Below, piece by piece: positions 13,801 to 26,500 of a stretch of DNA of 64,000 nucleotides; the stretch's first letter is position 1; every line of letters begins with the position of its first letter. A program made the translations under genes and the position numbers. The stretch comes from Ylistrum balloti (Eukaryota): NCBI RefSeq assembly GCF_031769215.1, contig NW_026782185.1, positions 62,001 to 126,000 of the forward strand. Direction: 5' to 3'. Below the pieces are notes generated by a model. That model ran no database searches. It had not been told where the DNA came from and worked only from the letters and a program-made list of their open reading frames with translations.

Positions 13801-16258
13801 AGCCTTCGATCTGGTTCAGCACAAGGATCTCTTATAGTCACAAACTTTAATGCTAGCTTTGGTATTTGCAGTTCATTATATAGCTTTTATGGTTTGAAGA
13901 TTATCTTCAAAACCAGAAACAAAGAGTTGTTATTAATGGAAAAAGCTCAATTTGGTTTAACATTAATGCTGTGTTCCACAAGGTTCCATACTGGGTCTTC
14001 CTTTGTTTCTCATATTCATAAATGACCTTGTAAGAAATATTAGTTCTATTCCTTTGTTTTCTGAAGATGATTTATTTTTATATCTTTCATTAATACTCTT
14101 CTCATAGGTGTAGACATTTTAAATAGATATCTAAAAAATTCATGAATGATCAATGAAATCATTGGTCAATTTTAACCCGAACAAAACTGCAACCCTATTA
14201 AAAATTCATAATAACTGTTACCCCATATCTCAACCCCGCCTATGAATCTTACTAACATTAATACAGTCACATTCCACAAACATCTTCTTACTCTTATTTC
14301 AAGTATTTGGTGCTGAAAAGACAACGTTATTATTATCTAACGTAAAAAATGCATGGAAGGTAAACAGGACCACAGCACTCATGTTTGCGATAACTCATCC
14401 TATCACTTGTCACACAACTTTGTATAAATTCCATCATTGGCCTCTGTCTGGAACTTCCTACCTGACCAGATAGAGTGTGACCTTAATATAAATACCCACA
14501 CTAAAAAAAGAATTCAAAGGGACTTACTATGAGAGTCAACTGATCTTTCTAATATTTAAAAAGACAAACTCTTTAAAAGAGTGTAGCATTTGCTAACTTG
14601 TGTATGTATACTTAATGAACAAGCTGAAACAAGACATTAACAAGGACCTAAGTAATATTTTCTGCTAGAGTTACCTTCCTTATATGAACATATCACAGAT
14701 GTTGCGGTCGAGATGCAAACCAGCTTCACACATTCATTTCATTAAATCAAGATACAATTACATTCATCTATACAAGAATGTACTTTTCATTAGATAAAAA
14801 AATTACTTTATATAACTTGCATTTGACCAGAATAACAGAGTAAACTTTGCAAGCTGTATGCTGATCATGATAGGGATTTAAATGCTTTCACTACCAAAAT
14901 ACCTAGGTACCTGAGGAACAATTTACAATGCCTTTTTCCCACTCTTGCAGGAGTAGAACAAGATACGTAGCTCTACTTTCTACCTTTCCTTATAACAAAC
15001 GTTATTGAAAACTAAAATTTAAATTTCAGATATCTAAGTGATACTAAATACATGTATATACCAAATCTGTATTTCTCAACATTTTTCCACTCAGTAAGAT
15101 CAGTCATATTATATTCTACATACTAGACTAAGAAAGAGGTGCAGTTCTCTCCAATTTTACTTGTTTCAAAGACAAATACATTGACATCTTATGTGTTCAA
15201 AATTTAATGCTCACTCTTGTACTTGATTAAATGTGAATATTTTTCTGTACTAATGTATATCAGCATGGTTTTCTGTCAACTTTCATTCAACTGAATGAAT
15301 TTTGTGAACACAACTCCAGATTTTCAACATCAAGCTGACAACAAAAATTACTCTTATTGATGTCAAAATATTTCAGTGGTATGCTTGGCAACTTCCCATT
15401 CCCTTTCATTACTACCTTTTCTATGTATACAATTTCGTCATGCCTCGCTCAAACGGTTATGTTTCGTAATGGAGATCGATTTTATGTGCAACACTTGTTT
15501 TTTAATCCAATTTTATCTCTTTTGCGGTAGGCTTATTGTTTATATTTCATAGGAATGAAATAAACTTTATAGTAACAGAATGAGGCATATGCAGTGAATG
15601 AAGAAGATTTTATGTTTCCATGCATTGTCTAACTACAGTAAACAGCTAATATCTTGTCAATGTATACATTTATCCTGCAACTGATACTGCCGTTGTCGGA
15701 ATACATGTACACCTACCACATATATTTTTATTGTATTCAGCAGTGATGGAAAACAGTTGTATTTTAGCATGTGTATTAATTCAATAGAATTACATTCTGA
15801 ATTTACGTTTTGAAATAGAAATAGTTGTTGAAATAAGCGATTTTACATGTTGTAATGAACAAGTTGATGTAGCAGGGGTAGATCACTATATATATGATAT
15901 CTAAATATTGGTAAATATGGTTGAAATGTCCAGAACATATCTAAATCTTTCTCATTATAAATATCAAACTCAGAACCTGTCAAACGTGAATTACGGGTTT
16001 TGGGTACCGGCTATTATACGTTAAACTAGGATCGGACATGAACGGAGAATCGTTTGGAAGCCTTAGTTCTTTTGATCAGCCGACCAAATATACATGAACC
16101 CCGGGTCCGCAATCAATGCAAGACAAACCGTCACCTGTGAGGCTGTGTACACAACCGATAGTTGTTTACTGTTTAGAATGTTGAGAATAACAGCCACTAA
16201 GATACAATTCAACTATCTTCAGTATTAAAGACATAAAATATGTTTTCTAAGAACTCAC

Positions 16259-16400
16259 CATGTCTGTTCTTGGTGGTAATAAAAATGATAAATCGTTGCA
16301 GAAAATGATTACATTCCTTTCACCTTTTCCTTCTCGTTCACATTCACTACAATTTCTCATGACGTTAAAACCGCAGCAAATGACATTAAATAAAATATAC
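16259..16400 (-). other. BTBD7: Candidate non-coding first exon of BTBD7
   Basis: Strong donor GTGAGT at 16258-16253 on the - strand inside a CpG-retaining region. An acceptor (TTTTCTGTGCTAG) lies at 3067, 87 nt upstream of the BTBD7 ATG. The 5' limit is a guess. Confidence 0.4.
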
Positions 16401-16560
16401 CAAAATGATCAATAGCCTAAATATTATCATTATTAATTTTGATATAAAAATCAAAATGAGAGGATAGTTCTATGATTAACATTTAGAAATATGGCGATAA
16501 CTCTATAGATTTTATCATTTTCTGCGGACCGTGTACGGCCGCCATTATACACATTCACGA
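16300..16560. promoter_or_regulatory. Probable bidirectional promoter shared by BTBD7 (-) and COX8 (+)
   Basis: Divergent first exons lie ~300 bp apart in a CpG-retaining stretch (about 15430-17170) flanked by CpG-poor DNA. An ETS/GABP-like CGGAAGT occurs at 16715-16721, just inside COX8 intron 1. Confidence 0.55.
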
Positions 16561-19003
16561 TGGCAGGGGTTATGCGAGGCGTACTAGGCATTGGATCCAA
16601 AGTAGGATCCCCCTTAAAATCACAAGTTAGAGGCATGTTGAACCCTGGCCCTCCAGTAAACCCACTGACCAAGACAGTAAGTAAATGGAAGCTATGAAAT
16701 ATGGTTTATGACGACGGAAGTAAATAATTAGTAATCCTTATTCTGAGCAAATGAAGGGCAAAGAGGGCATATACCGTCTATTTTTTAAATTATGCATCGA
16801 TTATCATGATGCATAAATGGATAATGTACGTGTGGCTAGTGAATGAACTCAAGAAAGATGAGTCCATTCCTCGTATCAATTCACAGAAATAAAACACTTT
16901 TAGACTCATACCGCCAAATTACAACAGAGTGTAAATGGAGAATTCAAACAACAGAATTAATCATGTGTTTACATGTTCAGTTGTCCGAATTATTCTGACG
17001 TTCCAAAGGACCATTGAGCTTATTCGATGTGTGGCATCCATGAACTGCTTGTCCGGAGTCTGGCGTTCATCTGTCAGTTTTTTTCTGATAATTGCTACTA
17101 GTCGTGAACGGCTAGTAATTCTTGACCAAACTTGGTCAGAAGCATCTCTTGGTGAAGCGGAGATCAATTTAGTGTAAATGGTGGGTTTCGGCTCCCTGAG
17201 GTGGGAAGGGAGGGGTCCAATAGGGGAAATAGAAGAAATATTTTGAATTCCTACTTCAGTGATTAGGTTTTGTCCAAATTTGGTCAGAAGAACATTTGAG
17301 TGATCTCATGAAGGGAAATCAATTTCATATAAACGGATCTGATGCATGTTTAGGTGCAGTGAAAACAGTTTTGTATAAATGTTGGGTCTTTGCCCCACTG
17401 GGAAGAAGTGGAAGGGCTCAATATGCAGAAATGGCTTATATCTGCGAAATGGCTTATATCTTTTAAACAGTAGGGATGCCCACCCTATATATTCATATAT
17501 AGCATTGGTGGGCCTCAAGAGTTAAATTTAGTCATGATGTACAAATCAGTCCTGAGCTGTGGCCCTACACCCAGGGACTTAGTTTCTTAGTCATTTCTTT
17601 GAAACAGTCGAGATCCCCACCCAACAACCATATAACATTGTTAAGCATAAAGAAATAAACACATTCATGATGTCATGACTGGCGATGGGGTCTGGCCCCA
17701 TCCCCAGGGACTTAGTTTGATAATAGTTTCCTTGTTATATCTTTGAAGCAATCAAAATCTCTACCCCAATATACATTTAGCAATGCTGGACATAAAGAGT
17801 TCAACACATTCATCATTTAAGTACTGCTCCTTTGGTGTTGCCCCACCCTTTGAACTTAATTTCTAGGTTATATCTTTGAAGCAGTTCAAATATCCACCCC
17901 ATAACTATATCAATTGCTTGGCATCTGATGATCGAAGACATGAACATATTCATGATGTAGGAAATGATCCATGGGTGTAGCACACCTCTAGGGACTTAAT
18001 TTCTTGGTATTATTTTTGAAACAGTTCCAAATCCAATAACCATATAAACTCTTACTGGGCATCAACAGAGAAAGTTATATAAGAATTAACCATTGGTCTT
18101 GCACAACCAAAACACTCAAATGACTTAGCTGTGAGTTTGAAATATTTGAAATACAAAACCCATTATACATGTAACCCATTGCTAGGTTTTAAGATCCAGA
18201 TGAGTGATACAGGCCCTCTGAGCCTCTTGTTTTATGTAGGCCTAGATCTGGAGTTGATAAACAGGAGAATTTCATCCCTTTGAAAGTGAAGGAAATTAGT
18301 AACCCATACATGGGTTGACATTCAAACAATAATGGTGGAAATAAATTGTCATTTTCACATGAATATCACATATGAATCAAATGTTCTTTATATTATTTTC
18401 AAATATGACATGTCTCATAATACTAATACATTCACTGGATTTACATTTCCCCATTTGCAATCATACTCTGTTCTAATTTACGTTTGTGTTAGCCAATCCT
18501 CAACTATAGTCTTCCCCTGAGCAAATGCTTAGGCAATAAATACATTTTGCCCTTGATCTTCCATTTAACTTCTGTGCCATATCCCGTGGCGGCCATCTCC
18601 TGTTGAAGCAGATGATCAACCTCAATATTTGAGAAATGTATGATAATGACATGCTCAAATAGGTCATCGAAACATGAAGTGGAGAGTGTGATGATGATAT
18701 GTAATCTTTGTGACATATTCCAATTTCCTTTTCTCCATTTAAATGAACTTATCAGTAATGTCAGAATGTCCACATGATATATGATAAACATTACAACTGG
18801 TAACATTAATATTCTCTGTTTGAAGTATATGCTTTCATTGACTTATGTGACTGGGCTATAAGTAATTCTAATATTCTTTATCATTTCAGGAGGCCTACTT
18901 AGGAGGGTTTTTGATCCAGGTAATAATCTATGCTGTTCCCACATATTTTCTGTCACAGTACCCAGTGTATGGAAGACATGAATACAGGGAAGACAGATTA
19001 TAA
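16560..19003 (+). CDS. COX8: Cytochrome c oxidase subunit 8-like, 76 aa, 2 exons (16560-16676, 18890-19003)
   Basis: Spliced product MAGVMRGVLGIGSKVGSPLKSQVRGMLNPGPPVNPLTKT|EAYLGGFLIQVIIYAVPTYFLSQYPVYGRHEYREDRL*. It has a basic, acid-free presequence ending VRG, a GPPxNP motif, one hydrophobic helix and PxYFLS (compare COX8 PAGWILS/PAWVLY). Perfect donor ACA|GTAAGT, acceptor TTTCAG, phase-0 intron before E. Candidate AATAAA at 19270-19275. Confidence 0.8.
17030..18231 (+). mobile_element. Degenerate HINE/Helentron-like element in the COX8 intron
   Basis: Internal GACCAAACTTGGTCAGAAGCATC motifs, degenerate internal repeats (GGGGT...GCCCC...AGGGACTT) and a 3' end CAGATGAGTGATACAGGCCCTCTGAGCCTCTTGTT like that of the element at 22047-22956. 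Confidence 0.55.
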
Positions 19004-20372
19004 TCAGCCGAGGTGATAGTGATGTGTTTGTTGTACTGTGATGGATAGAAAACCGAGAGTTGAATTCATTTCAGCAGTGAGCTAATCAGGAAAAGATATA
19101 TCTAGATTTACAGCATGCTTTAAAGACGAAAGGAAATTCCAGACCTATCGAAGTGGGATTGTTACCATGGTTTTAGAGATGGACAAGAAGTGGAGGTTGG
19201 ACATGGACAATTTTCATTTAATTCTGTAGTTTTCTATCCATCTTTAAATGTTACAATAGTATTTGATTGAATAAATTGAAGAAATTGGAATTGATTTGTT
19301 TTATATTTGTATGTCATGGCCGATTTTCATTTTGATTTTAAGGTCACGATACCATCATCAGCCAGAAGGTATGAACACGAAATGTCACTAACATGGCAAG
19401 TTGACGATGTAATGGATTCACCTTGTACATAAAAAGAAGGCCAGGTCAGGCAAATGTATCCCTGTAGAAATATAACAGGGAAATATGACAAATATGACAA
19501 AATTATCAACTAAAAAGTGGTAAAAAAAGAAAAAAATAGCCATATATACATGTGTGAAGTATGAACTAAACACAACTACATATAGATAACTGGTAATGTA
19601 AATGGTAAAGTGTAATGTGGATTTTTTTTTTTTTAGCAACACTGACCTATATTTTGCCATTTATATAAAATTTGTTCAAGATTGTTTAAAAAAGATTTAT
19701 CTGAAAAAATATGACAGTTCTATTTTGAGAAACAGTGACCTTTATTTTGGCATATGATAATCAATAGTGTGTAATAGTGGGAGTATCAAACATTTAAGGT
19801 CATTTCGTTTTAGTGCAGAATTTATTTCTTCTTCAGAAGTTTTCCACATGCCTCAAAAAGATTTTTTGACAGTATGTATATTAGTATGGAATTGTCTCAC
19901 CATCCGTCCACCTTTGATATCTGTAGATCTCGTACTACAGTTTGTTAACTGATCTTTTTCTAACTTGGTAATCTTGATCGCCATGACATGTTTTTCTGAA
20001 CAGCAGTCAGATTCAAAAGTATTCGGAGGAGTTATTGCCCTTTGTTGTTAGAATTGATGATCTCACATCACAACCAGCAGAAGATTAAAGATGACTACAC
20101 GGTCATCTTCATCTGACAAATGAACAGTATGAAGCATGCTTGCACTGACTTACAATGTATGTAGTGTACTACTATGAGATGGTTAGGAATCAACCACTTT
20201 TTTGGGCAGAAGGCAGTACTATAATTTAATGTACAATGAGGTAGAAGAAAGTGTGACAGGATTGAAAAAAATTAGAATAAAGCACACAAGATAACAATGT
20301 ACTGTAGTGGATTCAGCTAAACTCTTAAGGAAATGTCATGTACATATCTTACTTCCATAATGTTAATCTTGT

Positions 20373-20785
20373 GTAATAGGAAGGAGTAATGAAAAACACC
20401 TTGCCACCGCTAGGGTTCGAACTAGTGACCCCTCTGTGTCTAGCTGGACACTCTACCACTCAACGAAAGGGAAATTCTCACTATCTGAGGCTTGCAAGGT
20501 GACCTGTGCTCTCAACTTCTACACTACTCCCTCCTCCACAAAGTCAACAACAATCCATGTTCATTATCTCCAAGGAAACATCTCATTCTCCTGTAGCTTC
20601 TACCCTTGAAGTGGTCAACAGCACCAAATCTGTAATAGGAAGGAGTAATGAAAAACACTCTGCCATCACTGGGGTTGGAAGTAGCAACCCTTCGGTCTAG
20701 CCACCTAGCCGGACTCTCTACTGCTTGACTGAAGGGAAATTCCCACTAGCTGAGGCTAGTAAAGCAACCTGTACCCTCAACTTGT
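20373..20785 (-). mobile_element. Two tandem tRNA-derived SINE-like heads (~258 bp apart)
   Basis: TGTAATAGGAAGGAGTAATGAAAAACAC starts both copies (about 20373 and 20631). The - strand reads GTTGAGTGGTAGAG (A-box-like)...GGTCACTAGTTCGAACCC (B-box-like). Confidence 0.55.
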
Positions 20786-21199
20786 TCACTTGTACAGATT
20801 TCTCATGGTCATCAGTTTTCAACCATTTCTTCCAAACTTGGTATTCTTAATCACCATGACATTTGCATTTTAGTAACAATAGTCTGATTTGCCTGCACTA
20901 GAGTTGGGAAAAGGTACTGCTCATTGTTGTTTTCATAATGTCATGTCCAGTGATCTTCTCTCTCAGTTGTCAAAAAGTCTCTTTGAAGCTTGGTGGGCTT
21001 AATAACAATGCATGAAATTGTGTTCCCTACACAGCAGTTTGATTCAACTACATATGAAGGAGTTTTTTTCCCTTTTGGTTTTGTATTGTTTTCATTTTGT
21101 ATGTACATAACCTTTCCGAAGTTTTCCACCATTTTCTCTGAAATGGTTGGCTTCATAACAATAGCATGCAATTGTGTTTTTCCTAATAACTGTGATTTT

Positions 21200-21830
21200 G
21201 AAATTTTTGAAATTTGTTCTTTTTTTTATAATTATATTCCAACTGGGCACATAGTAACTGGTGATTTCAACATCATTCAAACTATTAAGTTACAAGAGGT
21301 TTTCATGAAGGGTTGAAATTATCATGAAACTTCCTCCATTTATCAGACGATACTTCTGGATTCCATGGAAAATTGTAAGTGATCATTGGATTTACTTTCA
21401 GAGTGAATGTGGGTTAAATCTGTTTGGTCCATCATTCTTAGAGAATAAGCAGCTTGAAATCCAAAATGGATACAAAGCATGAGTCGCTGTTCCTCAAACC
21501 TAATGTTAAAACCACACTTTACATTTAAATTTACATGACAGGTATGCTATATTTATGCCTGCAGATAACTTGATCCTTGTCTGCTGACATTATTAAATTT
21601 GCTGTATACAAAAAGAACTGGGCTTGCTTTATATTGAAGGAAATTCCACCTTCCAAGGAGAAATACTGGCTAATCATGCTTCAGTATTACAACTATTTAG
21701 ATGACCTATTGATGATAAGGATGCGGACATCCCCAGTTTAATTACTCATACCGTGATACTGTTTAATCAAGAATGGGATTAGTGGCATGTGGATTTTAAA
21801 GGACTCAAAAATAGCTTTTGACCAATCTTC
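21200..21830 (+). mobile_element. Decayed Penelope-like retroelement reverse-transcriptase fragment
   Basis: Interrupted frames give YIPTGHIVTGDFNIIQTIKLQEVFMKG and GISGMWILKDSK, motifs I recognise from invertebrate Penelope-like RTs (GHIVTGDLNII...KGPKYRE; MWILKNSK). Many stops and frameshifts. Confidence 0.5.
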
Positions 21831-22046
21831 AATACCCTCTTCTCAAAACAGTTCTTCTAAATGAACATTTGATTTTTCCATTCTGTACAACCCCATGTAT
21901 CATCTGTAAGAAAACCTTCATTTTCTTGCCTTGAGAGTTTTATTTTTCAGTAGAAGTAAATGATGGTACAATATATATACATTATTACCATTCTCTTCCT
22001 ATTTTCAGAGTCTTTGTATACCTTTCTTTTTTCATATTTTGCTCAG

Positions 22047-22956
22047 TTTTTAGCTCATCTGGTCCAAAGTAGAAAAAAATTGACAGACAACAGTCCGGCT
22101 GGTGAGCTTAAGCCATAGCTGTCAAATTTTTCTACAAAGAAAAGACATAAAGAATGAGCAGATTTTGACCTAATATTGGTCCAAAGCATCCTTGGGAGAA
22201 GCAGAGTAAAGTTGGTATAAAGGATGGGTCTTGGTCCCCCTTCGGCCTGAGGGGTGTGACCCAATATGGGAATTAGAGCAAATTCTTTAAAATCCTACTC
22301 GTGTAGGAATCATTTGAATTTGTCCGAATTTTGTCTGAATTATTCTTGGGTGAAGAGGAATCAATTCTGTATTAACAATTTGGCTTATTCCCCTGTGGCA
22401 AGAGAGGTAGGGCCCAACAGGGAAAATAGAACACATTCTTTAAAATCTAACCCCTTCTGTGTGAATGAATGAATTTTGCCCAAATATGATCTGAGACACT
22501 CTTGATTAAACTGAAATCAGTTCTGTCTAAATGGTGGATCTAAATCTATGTTCCTTGGAATGGAAGGGTTAGGGCCCATTTGAGGGGAAATAAACAGATA
22601 AAGAGGATTCTTCCAAAATCTTCGTCTCCTGTAGGCATGATTCAATTTTGCCCAAATTTGTCTAAAGCATTCATGGATGAAGGGGAATTAATTTTGTATA
22701 AATGTTGGATCTCTTGGGGGCAGAAGGGATGGGGCCCAATAAGGGAAATTGGGCAAATTCTTTACATCATACCACAATTTGGTATGAAGAATGAATTGTT
22801 TGGCTGACCCCTTAATGACAGAGGGGTGGGGCCAAATGGGAGAATAGCTATTGTGTGTGTTGTGTGCATAAAAATTTAGTTTTCTTTCCCCTTCAGTTTA
22901 GATGAAGCAATTTTGTCAAACCAGGGTGAGCAATTCAGGTACTATGAGCCTCTTGT
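22047..22956 (+). mobile_element. HINE/Helentron-like non-autonomous element
   Basis: Starts TTTTAGCTCATCTG...GGTGAGCTTA (subterminal inverted repeat), has internal degenerate repeats, and ends GGTGAGCAATTCAGGTACTATGAGCCTCTTGT. Confidence 0.65.
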
Positions 22957-23566
22957 ATAGAATTTGACTTTGAATTGTGATTGTATTCAGATGTTGGTAT
23001 TTTCTTATTTTGTTTTTAATTATTTTTAATTTTTTTCTAGATATATATCCTCCTTCAGGTTTTGACTAATTCTTTGAAACTTGATAGGCTTTCAAAATTC
23101 TTTGGCTTTAAATTCACAAAATGATATTGTCTTCTCAATAACATCATGTTGATACATAATTTTAAAAAGTCATTGCCCTTTGTTCTTTTCAGCATTTCAA
23201 TCTTATCCAGATCTTTTACTGATTTTTCTCCCATCTCTTTTAAAGTTATCATCATCCTGAGCATTTTGGTTATTGCAATATAGTTAATTTTAACACTTGA
23301 TTCCTATGACTTTGAAAATGGGTCAAGGTCATTCATTTGAACAAAGATGGTATCCCTTCATCCCAACATGCTTTTAGCCTGATATCAGTTCCCTTTGCCT
23401 ATTGTTTGAATGGAAAGTTTATGCTTGGCGCACAATGACTGATGAAACTTGAAAAATATCATAAGAAGAGATTGGCACTAAATTCTTATAATATGATAAA
23501 AATATATATGTTAGGAAGTACATAAAAGACTAAACAAATCAGTAATAAAGTGTATTACAAGTATAT

Positions 23567-26500
23567 TTATGTGACATTTTCTTCCAGGGAATTATCCCTT
23601 AAGTTTGTTTTCACTGTTTGTGTCCCTGAACCGGACATGCTAGTCACTGCTCCATCAATGTCTACACCGTCTTTGCTGTTTATGTGATCATCATTACTGT
23701 CTATTATCATTGTGTTGGCAAGATCTGTGATTTCAGGAACAGAAATTTCCTCAGGTTCTTCAGAATCAAAGTATCTCTCTTCTTCATCTTTGTCCAAAAG
23801 ATCTAGGTCATCATAGTCTGTATTATTATCCACTTCACTACAAATAATGAAAGAAGCATATGTTAGCACATTTAAACATGTCCAATCAAGATATAAATTT
23901 AATAACTTGAAATTCTCTTTTGGGACAATTCTTGTTGAAGGAGAACACAGAAATGTACATGTGGGAGGTGTCCTTAAGTGAATTATCTGATAAATTAATT
24001 CTCTGCAAGCCCACTTCTGGTGCATCAGAGTTTACCTTAATTACTGAAACCCAAAAAAGAGTGACAAACCCTTAGTCCATAATTACTGGAATTGTTAAAG
24101 TCTAAAAGGTTTTGACTATCTAAACGAAATTTCATTTTTTACTTGGTTACAATTGATATCACAATGCCCCCCTCTAGAAAAGCAGGAAATTAAAATAACT
24201 AATGTATTGGTCTGGATTTTTTAAAAATCTTTTACAAGTGTACCATGTAATAATAACTGTCCAATTAAACATTTCTGTCTTACAGAAATGTCAAAGCTTT
24301 GACAATTGTAACCTAAATATATCAACTCATCTTTTCCGAAAACTAGACTTTCAAGCACATTAAGAGATGAGATTCCACTAAGCAGGTTTAAAACAACAGA
24401 CAAATTTTATAGTGGCAGTCATTATCATAAAAGCTTGTGAGCCTTAATGGTTGTCTCAGCTCCCCTGGTTTAACTTAAGAAATTGAAAATGTGTTTCCAA
24501 CAAAGTACACATACTGAATTTTGGACCATCTCATGACCATTTCAGGCAAGTTTCAGCTTAATATTACTGATGGAGCTTGAGAAGAAGTTGAAAGATTTGT
24601 GTTGCTCAAAGGAACCTGATGATTGCACAATCATATTACAAAATGGTCAATATGGCTGCCATACTGAACATTCAAAAATGTTGAAAAATAACAACACTTA
24701 GTTGCTTTCCTTTCCTTTATATTCCCACCAATTTTCAGCACACTGATACCAGTGGAACCTGATTAGAAGTTTTCAAGATGGTGGCCATCATGTATTATGG
24801 ACTGACTCAAAAAAATAACATTTGGTTAGGACAATCTCAGAAACATTTCAGGCAAGTTTCAGCTGAATCCCACAGGTGGAATTTAAAAGAAGTTTGAAAT
24901 GTAAAAAGTTTAAACACAGCACATGGTTCACAGCGACAGATGAACTATCATGGCCATAGGTCATATGTATCCTGATCCTTGGGTCCAAATAACCTAACAA
25001 GAGAATCATTGGCCAAACATACTACAGCCAACATATTATTGAGATGAAGTTGTTTGAATGGAAAGTTTATGCACATTGCAAGACAACAAGCAAAACACAA
25101 TGACGATAGGTCATCCTTATCATCCTTTGGGTCAGGGGACCTAAAAATGAGTAATTACATCTATTGAACAGCTGTTAATGACTTTGAAACTTTTAAGTTA
25201 AATAGATAAACGTTTTATTTTTTCATCAAAATAGTATGTATATCTAAATATTAACATTACCTGAATGCCAACCCATGTATGGGTTGAAAAACTTCCTGTT
25301 TAATATAGAAAGCAATTCTTATTTTCTATCACTCCTAAGTCAAAGAATAAAGCTACAGATAGACAGTGAGAAAAGTTTGATCTCAATTCTTTACATTGTG
25401 TACTCTTTTATCTTTAAGGAAAGCAATTTGATTGTTATGCAATCAGAGTGAACAAGGCTGTAATTTTTCAGTAAAAATTATGTACAGATTTGTAAAATTG
25501 TATAAATCTGGGCATTCTTAGTCTAATGAAAGTCCAGAATGTAAGCAAAAAGAGATATCACCTTCATTATCAAACAGGGTATACATTCACTGTAACTTTT
25601 ACCCACCCTTTGTTTATTATTTGGTTGTCATTCAATCGTTACTGCTTGTTATTTGACATTTGGACGTGATGGGAAATTTTAAAATGTGAAAAAAAATTAT
25701 CACGCAAGAGCTAGAGTTAGTTTGTACCTGTAGTCAAACTGATGTTCCTGCCCTGATAGAAATCTCTCCTGCATAATTCTGTACATTTCCTCTCTCAATT
25801 CTAATTTCTTCTCATCTGAAATCTCCTCTTCTTCTTTTTCCATTTCTGTTAGAAATAAGTAATTTTATCAGATTTCAGAAGTGCATGTGGTTAATCAGTC
25901 AAAAACCACCTTTGTGATGGAAATACGGCTATTTCATGATGTTGGTAAAACATTTATTGTGAAATTGAAATGTCATCAACAGAGAAAACATTTATGTAGA
26001 AATGATGGTATGAGGATATGTAACATAGTAATATTGAAAGGCTATAAGAGAAGAATATATTTTGTGGTTACTCTTCATTAATAGTTTTATGTCGGAGATT
26101 TTCATTGTCTCGTCAAAGTTTAGCAGCATTGGTCAATCTAACATACATGTTTCTTTATCTTTTTCTCTCTTTCATTTTTTATGACATATATTTCAAAAAA
26201 AGGATAAAAAAGATCTTCTGGCACATACTATCAAAAGAGTATGTAATGTTTCCACATTGTCTATATAATATGATTACCTTCCTCTTCATCGCTATCTTCA
26301 TCTTCTTCTTCAAACTGAGAGTCCTAAAGAAAAAAATTAAGTCATGAATTCCATTTCAAACTTGACTTTTTATACATATTTTACAGGATCAATACAGTAT
26401 GTTGATATTTATGAAACAACTATAGTAGGCAGCAGGCCACATTGGATATCACCCTCTCTTGGTTGTGTTATTCAAATTATTTTGAACCAAGGACACCTGG

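Noticed and set aside
16451-16672. 73-aa - strand ORF at the promoter
   Set aside because: It is the antisense shadow of COX8 exon 1, which has the coherent splice sites and protein features.
18920-18958. Apparent 39-nt GT-AG mini-intron inside COX8 exon 2 (CAG|GTAATA...CACAG)
   Set aside because: It is in frame and encodes the transmembrane helix and PTYFLS motif. Removing it would destroy the COX8 fold, and it is too short for a typical intron.
23055-23264. 69-aa - strand ORF downstream of the CCDC97 stop
   Set aside because: No recognisable homology or convincing splice sites; likely 3'UTR or intergenic.
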